From the NCBI GenBank assembly GCA_045541555.1, contig JAZQJH010000036.1, positions 44,650-108,649 of the forward strand: 64,000 nucleotides of DNA, written 5' to 3'. The translations under genes were made by a program, and so were the position numbers. The stretch is from Eubacteriales bacterium (GTDB lineage Bacteria; Bacillota; Clostridia; Oscillospirales; QAKW01). Below, piece after piece: positions 35,856 to 45,610 of this stretch (position 1 is the first letter of the stretch; every line of letters starts with the position of its first letter). A model generated the notes under the pieces. It saw only the letters and a list, made by a program, of their open reading frames with translations, did not search any database and was not told the DNA's origin.

Positions 35856-37040
35856 ATGAGAAAATGGCGATCTATCGTAGCACTTGGCATTGTAATTGTA
35901 CTGGTTATCAGTATGTTTACTACTATCGTTTTCAGCTTGAAATCGTATGCCGATACCAGTGTCTCTGATATGCAAAGTGAATTGGACGATATAACGGCCA
36001 AAAAAGAGAAATTAGAAAAAGAATTAGAGTCCATTGCGGGTAAAAAAGATGCTGTTTTAGAACAGAAGGCCATTGTGGATCAGCAGATCAATGAATTAAA
36101 TGAAGAGGCTGATCTTCTTGAGACGGTTGTTGATAATCTTAAGAATGAGTTGAAAGTAAGCGAAAAGCGGCTGGAAGAGGCGGAGGACTCTCTCGAGGAA
36201 AATACAGAGCACGCAAAGAAAAGAATTCGTGCGATGTATGAACTGGGGGATACCTCATATCTGAGTATTATTCTGAGTTCCGATTCCTTGCATGATTTTA
36301 TTACCCGGGTTGAATTGGTGAAGCAGATGGCGGCCTATGACCGCCAGGTGATTGATAACCTGACGGCGACAAAGAACACCATTGAAGAAGAAACTAAAGC
36401 GATTGAAGTAAAAAAAGAAAAACAGCAGAGCGCTTTAAATTCTTTGGAAAGCAATGTGAGCTCCTTGAAGAAAAAGCAGTCAGAGAGCGATACTTTGATT
36501 GAAAACTTCAATAAGAAAACAGCGGCCAACTTGGCGGCGATCGAAAAAGCTGAGGCGGCTGAGAAGGAATTGCAGGCTGAGATTCGCGCGGCACTGGCCA
36601 ATAGTTCTAATGAAACGTTTGTCGGCGGTGCTTATCAATGGCCGGTTAGCGGGTATTATTCCATTACAGATAAGTTTGGTATGCGTACCCACCCGACTAC
36701 GGGCGTCTATAAAATGCATACCGGTGTTGATATTGCAGGCAGTGGTATTCGCAATAAGCCGATCCTTGCTGCCAATAGCGGCACAGTCTTAAAGGCAGGC
36801 TGGCATACTGCTTACGGCAATTACGTCGTCATTGATCATGGCGGCGGATGCAGTACTTTGTATGGTCATGCCAATCGGTTGAATGTGAGCGCAGGGCAGA
36901 AGGTGACACGCGGAGATGTCATTGCATACGTCGGTTCTACCGGGTATTCCACGGGTCCCCATCTCCATTTTGAGATTTATGAAAATGGTGAATACAAGAA
37001 TCCCCTCTCATTTTTTAACTATAATTTTAAATTCTTATAA
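35856..37040 (+). CDS. Coiled-coil M23 peptidase (FtsEX-associated murein hydrolase/activator)
   Basis: Long coiled coil; HTGVD, LYGH, STGPHLHFE motifs intact. Confidence 0.9.
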   Translation: MRKWRSIVALGIVIVLVISMFTTIVFSLKSYADTSVSDMQSELDDITAKKEKLEKELESIAGKKDAVLEQKAIVDQQINELNEEADLLETVVDNLKNELKVSEKRLEEAEDSLEENTEHAKKRIRAMYELGDTSYLSIILSSDSLHDFITRVELVKQMAAYDRQVIDNLTATKNTIEEETKAIEVKKEKQQSALNSLESNVSSLKKKQSESDTLIENFNKKTAANLAAIEKAEAAEKELQAEIRAALANSSNETFVGGAYQWPVSGYYSITDKFGMRTHPTTGVYKMHTGVDIAGSGIRNKPILAANSGTVLKAGWHTAYGNYVVIDHGGGCSTLYGHANRLNVSAGQKVTRGDVIAYVGSTGYSTGPHLHFEIYENGEYKNPLSFFNYNFKFL

Positions 37041-37055
37041 TAGGCAGGTGCGTTT

Positions 37056-38228
37056 ATGAAAAGAAAGATTGAGCTGGGAACGGTAATATTTTTTATCGTT
37101 GCCACAATCATGGTTTCTTGCATTGCAACATACATGTACATGGCGCACATGGTCGAGCGTACAACCGGAAAAAGCGAAATGTTTGAGAAGCTTACCCGTG
37201 TTTATCAGGTTATCAATAACCGTTACGTCGGTGAGTTTGATGAAGATGAAGCCATGGATTCTCTCTTGAGCGGATATATGGATGGCATTGACCGGTATGG
37301 CGTTTATCTGAATAAGGCCAGTTATCTGGAATTCAAAAATTCTGCCGAAGGAAAAGCTTCCGGAATTGGTGCGAATGTGAAATATATTGCATCCACCGGC
37401 TATTTAAAAATTACCCGTGTCCGTTCCGGATCGCCTTGTTATGATGCAGGAGTGTTGGCTGGTGACGTCATTGTGAAGATCAACGGCGATGATGTGTCTG
37501 CAATGAGTTATACCGATGCGACAAACCGATTGCAAGCAGAGCCCGGAACTGCGATTAAGCTGACTCTTTTGCGTGGAGATCAGACCTTGAATTTGACAGT
37601 ATCTGTGCAGGTCTATACAGAGGATACTGTAACTTATCGGTTGATGGTTTCCGGTGTCGGTTATGTGGCAATCAGTGATTTTGATACCAATACAACCGAA
37701 GACTTTAAGAAGACCATCGAGGAACTGAAAAGTAAAGGTGCAACGAAGTTTATTTTTGACGTTCGTAATAATACCGGCGGTTCATTGACCTCGGTTACCG
37801 AAATTCTGGACTATTTGCTGCCGGAAGGCACACTTTGCACGGTTAAGGATAAAAATGGCGACGTTACAGAGTATTCGTCTGACGAGAAGTTTTTGGATTC
37901 CCCTATGGTGGTGCTGATTAACGGCAGTACCTATAGTGGCGGTGAGTTGTTTGCCGCTGCGATCCGCGATTTTGGTCGCGGCACCCTTGTTGGTGTAAAG
38001 ACTTACGGAAAGGGAATGGCGCAGGAGATTATTCCTCTTGGTGATGATACGGCGTTGTATCTTTCTACCAATCTCTATTATCCTCCCAGTGGGGTGAACT
38101 ATGATGGGGTCGGCGTAGCGCCTCATGAAGAGGTCGCATTGACGGCAGATAAAGAAGAACGCTTCTATGAGCTGTCTTTTGAAGAGGATGACCAACTTCA
38201 GGTGGCAATGGCAAAATTGCAAAATTAA
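37056..38228 (+). CDS. ctpA: S41 C-terminal processing peptidase with PDZ domain
   Basis: GIGA PDZ loop, FDVRNNTGG, TYSGGE catalytic Ser region, KTYGKG. Confidence 0.87.
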   Translation: MKRKIELGTVIFFIVATIMVSCIATYMYMAHMVERTTGKSEMFEKLTRVYQVINNRYVGEFDEDEAMDSLLSGYMDGIDRYGVYLNKASYLEFKNSAEGKASGIGANVKYIASTGYLKITRVRSGSPCYDAGVLAGDVIVKINGDDVSAMSYTDATNRLQAEPGTAIKLTLLRGDQTLNLTVSVQVYTEDTVTYRLMVSGVGYVAISDFDTNTTEDFKKTIEELKSKGATKFIFDVRNNTGGSLTSVTEILDYLLPEGTLCTVKDKNGDVTEYSSDEKFLDSPMVVLINGSTYSGGELFAAAIRDFGRGTLVGVKTYGKGMAQEIIPLGDDTALYLSTNLYYPPSGVNYDGVGVAPHEEVALTADKEERFYELSFEEDDQLQVAMAKLQN

Positions 38229-38231
38229 TAG

Positions 38232-38262
38232 AAAGCCTTGGAGCAATGCTCCAAGGCTTTTT
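38232..38262. terminator. Bidirectional terminator
   Basis: aaagccttggagc-aat-gctccaaggcttt. Confidence 0.88.
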
Positions 38263-39188
38263 CACTGCATATCTATTAGTCGCTCAGCTGCGTTTTTTAG
38301 GTGTTTCAACTCGTTTTCATCAAGGTCGAAATCCAATATCTCTTCAACGCCGTTACGACCGAGAATGGCCGGTAAACTCATATAAATGCCGTGCAGACCA
38401 TAATGTCCATCTACTAAGACCGAAATGGGCAGGATAGAGTGCTGATCTTTAACAATACATTCGACGATGCGACCGACCGCTTTGGCAATTCCGTAATAGG
38501 TCGCTCCTTTTCCTTCAATGATGCGGTAAGCACTGTTCACCACCTGATCTTTAACCGATGCTTTTAATTCTTTGAAATCGGATTTTTTGCGAAGTTTACA
38601 AAAATCATCTAAATCAATGCCGGAAATGTTGGCACTGCTCCAGACGGGAAATTCACTGTCTCCATGCTCGCCGATCATAAAAGCATGAACGTTGCGAATA
38701 TCCACTGATAAACGTTCACCAAGCAGATATTTTAACCTTGCGGTATCCAAGACTGTTCCGGAGCCAATGACGCGTTCCGGCGGAAATCCGGAGGCTTCGA
38801 AGACCATACGGGTGAGGACATCGACGGGGTTTGAAACTACGATGATGATGCAATCCTTGTTATAACGTAATAATTGCTGAACGATGCTGTTCATGATGAT
38901 TCGGTTACGCCCTAATAGCTCAGGTCGGGTTTCTCCCGGTTTTTGGTTGGCGCCGGCGGCAATAATGATAATCCCACATTCGCTGAGATCTTTATATTCT
39001 CCTTGGTAAATCTGCAGTGGTCCGGAAAAGGGGAGACCATGACTAAGATCCATTGCCTCTCCTTCGGCGCGCTTCTTATCAATATCTAATAAGACCATTT
39101 CGGAGAAAAGTCCGGAACCTGCAAATTCATAGGCAATTGTGGCGCCGACATTTCCGCATCCGATAATGCCGATTTTCTTCATATTCAT
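38262..39188 (-). CDS. ldh: L-lactate dehydrogenase
   Basis: IIGCGNVG, GANQKPGETR, SNPVD, GTVLDTARL, GEHGDS, KGATYYG. Confidence 0.93.
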   Translation of the reverse strand: MNMKKIGIIGCGNVGATIAYEFAGSGLFSEMVLLDIDKKRAEGEAMDLSHGLPFSGPLQIYQGEYKDLSECGIIIIAAGANQKPGETRPELLGRNRIIMNSIVQQLLRYNKDCIIIVVSNPVDVLTRMVFEASGFPPERVIGSGTVLDTARLKYLLGERLSVDIRNVHAFMIGEHGDSEFPVWSSANISGIDLDDFCKLRKKSDFKELKASVKDQVVNSAYRIIEGKGATYYGIAKAVGRIVECIVKDQHSILPISVLVDGHYGLHGIYMSLPAILGRNGVEEILDFDLDENELKHLKNAAERLIDMQ

Positions 39189-39200
39189 CGTCGTTCACCA

Positions 39201-40472
39201 TCAAAGGAAAACGGCACTTCCGGGATAATAACTATGCACGCCGATTACTGACTCAATCCCCATCAAACGGTTATATTTTGTGACGCGCTCACTTCGTGCC
39301 GGTGCACCGGTCTTAATCTGACCGGCATTGACAGCCACAGCGAGATCTGCAATAAAAGGATCGGCGGTTTCACCGCTACGGTGCGAAATAATCGTTTTAT
39401 AGCCGTTATTCTTTGCCATTCGAATTGTTTCTAAGGTCTCGCTCAAAGTACCAATCTGGTTCAATTTTATCAATATGGCGTTGCCGCTATTCATAGAGAT
39501 CCCTTTTTGTAATCTCGAACTATTGGTTACGAAGAGATCATCGCCAACAATCTGAATACCGGTGCGCTTTTTAATTTCTGCAAATCCTTTAAAATCGTCA
39601 TCACCTAATGGGTCTTCCAGGGAAATGATAGGATATTTTTTAATGAGGTTTTCAAAATAATCGATCATTTCTTCAGTTTGATATTCTTTTCCGGTCTTTG
39701 GTTGCTTATATCCGGTTGCAGTTTTCCATTCGCTGGCTGCGGCATCTAACGCGATGGCAATATCGCGCCCCGGTTCAAAACCGGTGCGTTCGATAGCACG
39801 AATCAAAAGCTGCAGGGCTTGCTCGTCGTTCTCCAGATTTGGAGCAAATCCGCCTTCGTCACCTACGGTGGTGTTCAACCCCGATTCCTTGAGAATATGC
39901 CCCAAGCTATGATAGACGCGTGTACTCAGCTCCATCGCCTTAGTGAAGGTTGGGGCGCCGAGGGGAACGATCATAAACTCCTGAATTTCCACGTTGTTGT
40001 TTGCGTGCGCTCCGCCGTTCAGAACATTTAACATTGGAACCGGCATGGTCATAGCTGCGGTACCGCCAAGATAACGAAATAACGGCATGCCACAAGCGAT
40101 GGCTGCCGTTCTGGCGGCTGCTAATGAAACGGCAAGGATTGCGTTGGCGCCAAGATTGGATTTATTCTCAGTACCGTCCAATTCAATCATTTTTCGGTCA
40201 ATTCTGGTTTGATCAAAGATGTCGAAACCTATAAGCGCTTCATTGATTCTATAATTAATATTTGCTACAGCATTATAAACACTTTTTCCATTATAAATAT
40301 CTGCTTCATCTCGCAATTCCACTGCTTCATACTGTCCGGTCGATGCTCCGCTGGGAACGGCGGCAGATGCGGTCATTCCGTTGTTCAGCAAGATCTGTGC
40401 TTCCACAGTCGGGTTTCCTCTGGAATCGAGAATTTGGCGTGCGAAGATTTGTTGTATTGTCGTGTTGCTCAT
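39201..40472 (-). CDS. eno: Enolase
   Basis: DSRGNPTVE, PSGASTG, GDEGGFAP, VGDDL, IKLNQIGT, SHRSGET, RSERVTKYN all intact. Confidence 0.96.
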   Translation of the reverse strand: MSNTTIQQIFARQILDSRGNPTVEAQILLNNGMTASAAVPSGASTGQYEAVELRDEADIYNGKSVYNAVANINYRINEALIGFDIFDQTRIDRKMIELDGTENKSNLGANAILAVSLAAARTAAIACGMPLFRYLGGTAAMTMPVPMLNVLNGGAHANNNVEIQEFMIVPLGAPTFTKAMELSTRVYHSLGHILKESGLNTTVGDEGGFAPNLENDEQALQLLIRAIERTGFEPGRDIAIALDAAASEWKTATGYKQPKTGKEYQTEEMIDYFENLIKKYPIISLEDPLGDDDFKGFAEIKKRTGIQIVGDDLFVTNSSRLQKGISMNSGNAILIKLNQIGTLSETLETIRMAKNNGYKTIISHRSGETADPFIADLAVAVNAGQIKTGAPARSERVTKYNRLMGIESVIGVHSYYPGSAVFL

Positions 40473-40495
40473 AAATGAACCTCCTTCGTTTTTAT

Positions 40496-40505
40496 TAGTA
40501 TAACC
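40496..40505 (-). promoter_or_regulatory. SigF/SigG-like -10 element upstream of eno
   Basis: Minus strand GGTTATACTA matches GGnnAnAnTA; -35 weak; no SigA -35. Confidence 0.45.
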
Positions 40506-40540
40506 ATTTGTCGCTTTTCCATTATTTTTTTAATCGTTGG

Positions 40541-40568
40541 TCTATTTGGATGGTGTTGTCCATAAAAT
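40541..40568 (+). promoter_or_regulatory. SigE-type promoter of spoIIIA
   Basis: TCTATT-14 bp-CATAAAAT. Confidence 0.7.
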
Positions 40569-40594
40569 AAAAGCAAAGGGAGGGACAACTATTC

Positions 40595-41536
40595 ATGAAA
40601 AAAGAAGTGGATTTAAAAGGAATTTCGGAAATTTTCCCTTACATAAAAGAAGAATGGGTTAATCTTATTCGAGAACAACCAAAAGAACTTTTAAAAAAGG
40701 CAACGGAATTACGATTTCGTGCAGGACAGAGCTGCTCACTTACTTGCGGAAGCGGAAACTATATCGTAGATGGCATTGACGTTACGACGGATGACATAGC
40801 GGAAATGCTGAACAAAATATATCGCGGTGCCGCTTATCAATATGAAAATCAAATAGGAAACGGCTATATTCCACTTCCGGGCGGACATCGTGTCGGGATA
40901 TGCGGAACCTATGTGGAAGATGCGTCCGGAGAGGTTCGTATCAGAGATCTATCATCTTTGAATTTCAGAATATGCCGCGAAATTCGCGGCATTGCTGAGG
41001 ATCTGTTTCCAAAACTTATATGCAACGGAAAATTTTGCTCTACTTTAATTGTTTCTGAGCCATGCGGTGGAAAAACAACACTTTTAACCGATTTGGTACG
41101 GGTTCTTTCAAAAGAAGGGTATCGCTCGGCAGTCGTTGATGAAAGAGGCGAAATAGGTGCGTCTTTTCAAGGAGTGGTGCAAAAAGATCTTGGTGCACTT
41201 GCGGATGTATTGGATGGGTATCCAAAGCCCTATGGGATGATGATCGCTCTTCGGACACTTTCTCCGCAGGTACTGGTCTGCGACGAAATAGGTACGGAGG
41301 AAGAGACGGAACGGATGCTGGAGGCAATGAATGCCGGGGTGCCGACATTAGTGACGGCTCACGCGAGTGACGAGGAGGAATTATTTAATCGTCCTCAGAT
41401 CAAGCGTTTGACGGACGCCGGAGCAATCTCTAAAATCGTCCTGATGAAGGGCGCAAAATCCCCTGGAAAGATCCGAAAGGTCATGGCGGTGAATCATTAT
41501 GATGGTGAAGAATTTTGGAGCAGCACTGATTGTTAG
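40595..41536 (+). CDS. spoIIIAA: Stage III sporulation ATPase AA
   Basis: GYIPLPGGHRVGICG, SEPCGGKTT, VDERGEI, SPQVLVCDEIG; first of eight collinear genes. Confidence 0.92.
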   Translation: MKKEVDLKGISEIFPYIKEEWVNLIREQPKELLKKATELRFRAGQSCSLTCGSGNYIVDGIDVTTDDIAEMLNKIYRGAAYQYENQIGNGYIPLPGGHRVGICGTYVEDASGEVRIRDLSSLNFRICREIRGIAEDLFPKLICNGKFCSTLIVSEPCGGKTTLLTDLVRVLSKEGYRSAVVDERGEIGASFQGVVQKDLGALADVLDGYPKPYGMMIALRTLSPQVLVCDEIGTEEETERMLEAMNAGVPTLVTAHASDEEELFNRPQIKRLTDAGAISKIVLMKGAKSPGKIRKVMAVNHYDGEEFWSSTDC

Positions 41537-41936
41537 TGGTGGATATTTTATCGGCTGGGTGAGAGTGCGTCAATGGAAACAGCGCTTGGACTTATTAAAA
41601 AAGGTTGATGCTTTGATCAGATCTTATTTGGATGAATTGAAACGAAACCGCCGCTCGCTTCAAGATAGTCTGAGCGATGATGATTCTACTTCACAGTTCA
41701 TTCTTTCAGGTGGAGTGCATAAAGCGCTTTTAAAGGAAGATCAAGTCTTGATTGGCAATTTAGTCGATTCGTTAAAAAACAGTTCATATCAACAATCTAT
41801 TGTACTTGTTGAAGAGTTCCTTATTACTCTTGAAAAAACAATCGAAAAACTGCAGGAGGAAGCTGCGTCTCAAGGAAAAGCGCTCCCGCTTGTTACGGGT
41901 GCGATTGGTTTTTTGATCGCAGTTCTTTTATATTAG
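41499..41936 (+). CDS. spoIIIAB: Stage III sporulation protein AB
   Basis: Position; N- and C-terminal hydrophobic helices; divergent. Confidence 0.72.
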   Translation: MMVKNFGAALIVSGGYFIGWVRVRQWKQRLDLLKKVDALIRSYLDELKRNRRSLQDSLSDDDSTSQFILSGGVHKALLKEDQVLIGNLVDSLKNSSYQQSIVLVEEFLITLEKTIEKLQEEAASQGKALPLVTGAIGFLIAVLLY

Positions 41937-41937
41937 T

Positions 41938-42135
41938 ATGGAAGTAGAATTGATTTTTAAAATAGCGGTAGTTGGAATTGTGGTTGCGGTGGTCAATATG
42001 GTGCTGAGTAAACTGGGACGTGATGAGTATGCGACCCTGACAACATTGGCTGGTATTATCATTGTTCTGGCAGTTTTGCTGGGAGAGATCAGTGCATTAT
42101 TTGAGACAATAAGCTCGGTGTTTGAACTGAAATGA
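41938..42135 (+). CDS. spoIIIAC: Stage III sporulation protein AC
   Basis: LIFKIAVVGIVVAVVNMVL..LGRDE; 65 aa. Confidence 0.92.
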   Translation: MEVELIFKIAVVGIVVAVVNMVLSKLGRDEYATLTTLAGIIIVLAVLLGEISALFETISSVFELK

Positions 42136-42518
42136 CTATTTTTCAATTGTTGGCGGCGGTAATTGCCGGTCTTTTACTCTATCTTTTGCTAAAAGGTTTT
42201 AACGAGCGGTTCGCAGTGTTTGCATCCGTGGCCGGTGCGATCATGATCTTATTTTATATTTCTGCAAAGCTTACGTCAGTATTCACCTTTTTGGAGCATT
42301 TAGCAGAGCACGCAGGGGTCAATAACGATTATTTTAAGACGGTTCTTAAGGGCTTAACCGTTTGTTACCTTGGCGAGTTTACGGCGAGTGCTTGCAAGGA
42401 TTGCGGTCAAAGCGGCTGGTGCGATAAGGTGGAATTGGCGTGCAGGAGTACCCTTTTAGTTTTGTCTATTCCGCTTTTTGAAGACTTTCTACACGTTATT
42501 TTAGGGTTGTTAGAATGA
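42132..42518 (+). CDS. spoIIIAD: Stage III sporulation protein AD
   Basis: YLGEFTASACKDCGQ...KVELA. Confidence 0.9.
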   Translation: MTIFQLLAAVIAGLLLYLLLKGFNERFAVFASVAGAIMILFYISAKLTSVFTFLEHLAEHAGVNNDYFKTVLKGLTVCYLGEFTASACKDCGQSGWCDKVELACRSTLLVLSIPLFEDFLHVILGLLE

Positions 42519-43609
42519 AAAAGATGTTGATAATATGGCTGATTCTGCTTGATTTTTGGATGTTTATAATACCAATACATGCCCAGACGGATTATGCTGA
42601 TGATTTTCGTTACGCTGTTCGCCCGGAAGATTCCCTTCTTTCTGAGGATACCGATCTTAATAATCCCAATTCTCTTGCAGAGGATTTGAGCTTTGGTAAT
42701 TTTTTTGATTTTTTTATCATTCAGATTAAAAGGGCTTTTGGAGAAGCTTTGGAAACGATGGTTAAAGGAATTTCCTTGGTTTTACTTTCAGTAGCGATCA
42801 ATCGCTGCAGCGGAAATATCCAAAATCAGAATATGCAGATGTTATTTTCGTTTATGGTATCACTATCCATCGCTTTATTGTGTGAAAGCAGTCTGCGAGC
42901 GGGAGCTTCCGATTTACAAAAAGGCATTGAAGATATGGGGGTATTTACGGGGGCGTGTATTCCTTCTTTTACGGTTGTGATGATCGCAGCGGGGGAGGCG
43001 GGCGGTGCATCGGTTTTCTCTGCTGCAATGGTATTGCTGGGCGAGGTTGGGGCATTGGTGTCGAAAAATCTATTGTTACCCCTGAGCGATGTATATCTCG
43101 CCATAGGAATTTGCTCAGCGGTCAGCGATGAATATAATTTTGCTGCAATCGGCAAAAACATCCGTCGTTTTTTGATTTGGACAATCGGGATCTTGGTAGC
43201 TGGTTTTCGTATGATTTTAAAATTACAAACCGGGGCGGCGGCTTCCGGTGATCATTTAGCGAAAAAATACATTCGATCTGCTGTGGGCGGATTTATTCCG
43301 ATGGTTGGGAATACCTTATCTCAGGGTGTGGATGGACTTTTTAGCGTGGCACTTGGTGTCAAAACCTCATTTGCAATCGCCGGCGTCTTAATTACACTTT
43401 CTCTTTTGCTGCCAGCCTTAATTCCAATTGGGATCAATGGACTTATTTGGAGCCTTTGCAGATGGGTTGCTGATTTTATGAATGACCAGACGGTGCGTTC
43501 TATTGCAGATGTTTTGGCGAACAGTTTCTTTTTGATGCTGGCACTTGGCGGAAGTGTAGCGCTGATGGGGTTGTTCTCCTTTTTTGGATTAATTACGCAG
43601 GTAACTTAA
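42515..43609 (+). CDS. spoIIIAE: Stage III sporulation protein AE
   Basis: Polytopic; GGFIPMVG..LS; position in the operon. Confidence 0.85.
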   Translation: MKKMLIIWLILLDFWMFIIPIHAQTDYADDFRYAVRPEDSLLSEDTDLNNPNSLAEDLSFGNFFDFFIIQIKRAFGEALETMVKGISLVLLSVAINRCSGNIQNQNMQMLFSFMVSLSIALLCESSLRAGASDLQKGIEDMGVFTGACIPSFTVVMIAAGEAGGASVFSAAMVLLGEVGALVSKNLLLPLSDVYLAIGICSAVSDEYNFAAIGKNIRRFLIWTIGILVAGFRMILKLQTGAAASGDHLAKKYIRSAVGGFIPMVGNTLSQGVDGLFSVALGVKTSFAIAGVLITLSLLLPALIPIGINGLIWSLCRWVADFMNDQTVRSIADVLANSFFLMLALGGSVALMGLFSFFGLITQVT

Positions 43610-43610
43610 A

Positions 43611-44057
43611 ATGAGTACTATTAAAAGCGTCGGTTTAATAATATGTATATTAATGGTTTTGATGGCATATTTAAAGCAGGTAATACCGCGCGGAAAAACA
43701 ACGTATCTCATGAAAGCGATCATTTCCATTTTTATTCTTTTATCCTTTATAAACGGCGTGAAGAATTTTGACTTTCAATCCATTCAAGATTTGATACAGC
43801 GTCCTTATTCACATAATGAGGAAGTATGGACCAAGGCGGCTGAGTTGATTGAAGAGGGGCTGGAAAAAGAGTTTCAAAATTTTCTTGATGGTGAAGAGGT
43901 AGATGCGGAGGTGAAAGGGGTGGCTGTAGATGGAAACCAAGATTCATTTAAGGTAAAAAAAGTGATTCTGTCTGGACGTGATTCCGAGGCGGCGCGTAAT
44001 CTGATTGCGGGTCGTTATCAGATAGGATTGGCATATTTTGAGGTGCAGAATGAATGA
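43611..44057 (+). CDS. spoIIIAF: Stage III sporulation protein AF
   Basis: Two N-terminal TM helices; position. Confidence 0.75.
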   Translation: MSTIKSVGLIICILMVLMAYLKQVIPRGKTTYLMKAIISIFILLSFINGVKNFDFQSIQDLIQRPYSHNEEVWTKAAELIEEGLEKEFQNFLDGEEVDAEVKGVAVDGNQDSFKVKKVILSGRDSEAARNLIAGRYQIGLAYFEVQNE

Positions 44058-44517
44058 GATTATAAAAAAGATCCCTTCGGATTTTAAGAGATATTGGTTT
44101 ATACCGATTTTGATTTTGTTGGGTGTCTTTATGATGATTCATCAATATGATCAACCGAAGGTGGTGGAAGTTACGTCAACCCTGGAAGATCAACAGTATA
44201 TTGCTCAAACCGAAAAGCAGATCCGAGAGATGCTGAAAGGAGTTGATGGTGCCGGAGATTGTTATGTAACCATCACATTGTCGTCCGGCGGTAAAAAAGA
44301 ATATGTACGCGAAGAGGGAAGTGTGCTGGTAATTACGGATAAAGATGGAAATCAATCTGCGGTTGTGTCACGCGAAAACACACCGGAGATCGCCGGGGTT
44401 ACCGTTGCGAGTAAAGGTGCAGGAAGTTTGGCGGTTCGACATAATATTATTGAATCGGTCAGTACGGTTCTTGGAATCGGTACGAATAAAATTTGCGTGG
44501 TGACGATAAGTGGGTGA
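44050..44517 (+). CDS. spoIIIAG: Stage III sporulation protein AG
   Basis: LKGVDGAGD..VTIT, PEIAGVTVASKGAG, VSTVLGI..NKICV. Confidence 0.88.
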   Translation: MNEIIKKIPSDFKRYWFIPILILLGVFMMIHQYDQPKVVEVTSTLEDQQYIAQTEKQIREMLKGVDGAGDCYVTITLSSGGKKEYVREEGSVLVITDKDGNQSAVVSRENTPEIAGVTVASKGAGSLAVRHNIIESVSTVLGIGTNKICVVTISG

Positions 44518-44521
44518 GTAT

Positions 44522-45079
44522 ATGAAAATTAACAAAAGACAAATTGTATTTTTATCCTTGGCGCTGGTGGTTTGCATCGCAGTTTACTTGAATTGGCGTT
44601 TTCTTAATAATGTTGATATGGATGAAAGTATGGTGCCGGTCGAAAATGGCGCGGTTCAAGAAAACGTTGAGGAGGGGAAAACCTTAGGTCAGGCTCAACT
44701 GGTTGAAACGGTGGCAAAGGATGTGACGGCATATTTTACGGAATGCAGAATGAATAAACAGCAGACAAGAGATGAGGCTTTAGAGTTGCTTAAGTCCGTC
44801 GCGGATAGTGAAGATTCGACGACTGAAACCAAGGAAAAAGCCAATAATGACATGATTGCGATGGCGAAAACAACTGATGTTGAGGGAACCATCGAAAGCC
44901 TTGTAAAGGCAAAAGGCTTTACGGATTGTATGGTTTATATTAGTGACGAAGCCGTGAACGTTGTAGTGGCATCGTCGGGACTTTCCTCAGAGCAGGCGGC
45001 ACAGATCAATGAAATCGTCATTTCGGAGTCGGGGCATGATGCTGCGGCAATCAAAATTGTGGAGATCAAAACGGAGTGA
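44522..45079 (+). CDS. spoIIIAH: Stage III sporulation protein AH
   Basis: YFTECRMNKQQTRDE, IESLVKAKGFTDCMV. Confidence 0.9.
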   Translation: MKINKRQIVFLSLALVVCIAVYLNWRFLNNVDMDESMVPVENGAVQENVEEGKTLGQAQLVETVAKDVTAYFTECRMNKQQTRDEALELLKSVADSEDSTTETKEKANNDMIAMAKTTDVEGTIESLVKAKGFTDCMVYISDEAVNVVVASSGLSSEQAAQINEIVISESGHDAAAIKIVEIKTE

Positions 45080-45175
45080 TATGGCTACACCTTTGGAATA
45101 AAATAAAAAACTTGCAATTAGCATAGTCTATGTGATATAATAATCACATAAAGTTATTTCAAAGGAGAGATAATC

Positions 45176-45532
45176 ATGGATATTTCCAATGAATTGGGAA
45201 CTGTTGAAATTTCCGAAGAGGTACTCTGTACGATTGCAAGCGTTGCCGCGAACGAAGTGGAAGGTGTTGCCGGTCTTGCTGCATCCTTGGGCGGTAATCT
45301 CAAAGATTTGCTTACCAAGAAGTATGCCGGTAAGGGAATCAGTGTCGAAATGACAGATGACGGCCTTACGATTACTGCAAGCATTGTCGTTAAATATAAG
45401 TGCAATGTTCAGGATGTGGCTGTTAAGGTGCAGGATGCGATCCTTTCTGCTGTCCAGGATATGACGAATTATGAAGTTGCAGCAGTCAATGTGAATGTTG
45501 TGAACGTTCAGATTGTAGATGAGGCAAAATAA
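45176..45532 (+). CDS. Asp23/Gls24 family protein
   Basis: GTVEISEEVLCTIA..AA.EVEGV; VNVNVVNV. Confidence 0.88.
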   Translation: MDISNELGTVEISEEVLCTIASVAANEVEGVAGLAASLGGNLKDLLTKKYAGKGISVEMTDDGLTITASIVVKYKCNVQDVAVKVQDAILSAVQDMTNYEVAAVNVNVVNVQIVDEAK

Positions 45533-45539
45533 AAGATTA

Positions 45540-45605
45540 CCCCCGAAGCCAAAGCTTCGGGGGCGATTTTTTAAAAGAATTAGAGGCTCCCATTGGGGAG
45601 CCTCT
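45540..45605. terminator. Two adjacent hairpins between convergent asp23 and secF
   Basis: cccccgaagc-caaa-gcttcggggg and agaggctccc-attg-gggagcctct. Confidence 0.75.
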
Positions 45606-45610
45606 TGAAT

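Noticed and set aside
37056-38228. S41 peptidase as another pseudo-enzyme (TYSGGE instead of SASASE)
   Set aside because: The catalytic Ser position and the GKG Lys are retained
40595-41536. Non-canonical Walker A (SEPCGGKT) in SpoIIIAA
   Set aside because: Ser at the first position is common in this family, and GKT and Walker B are intact
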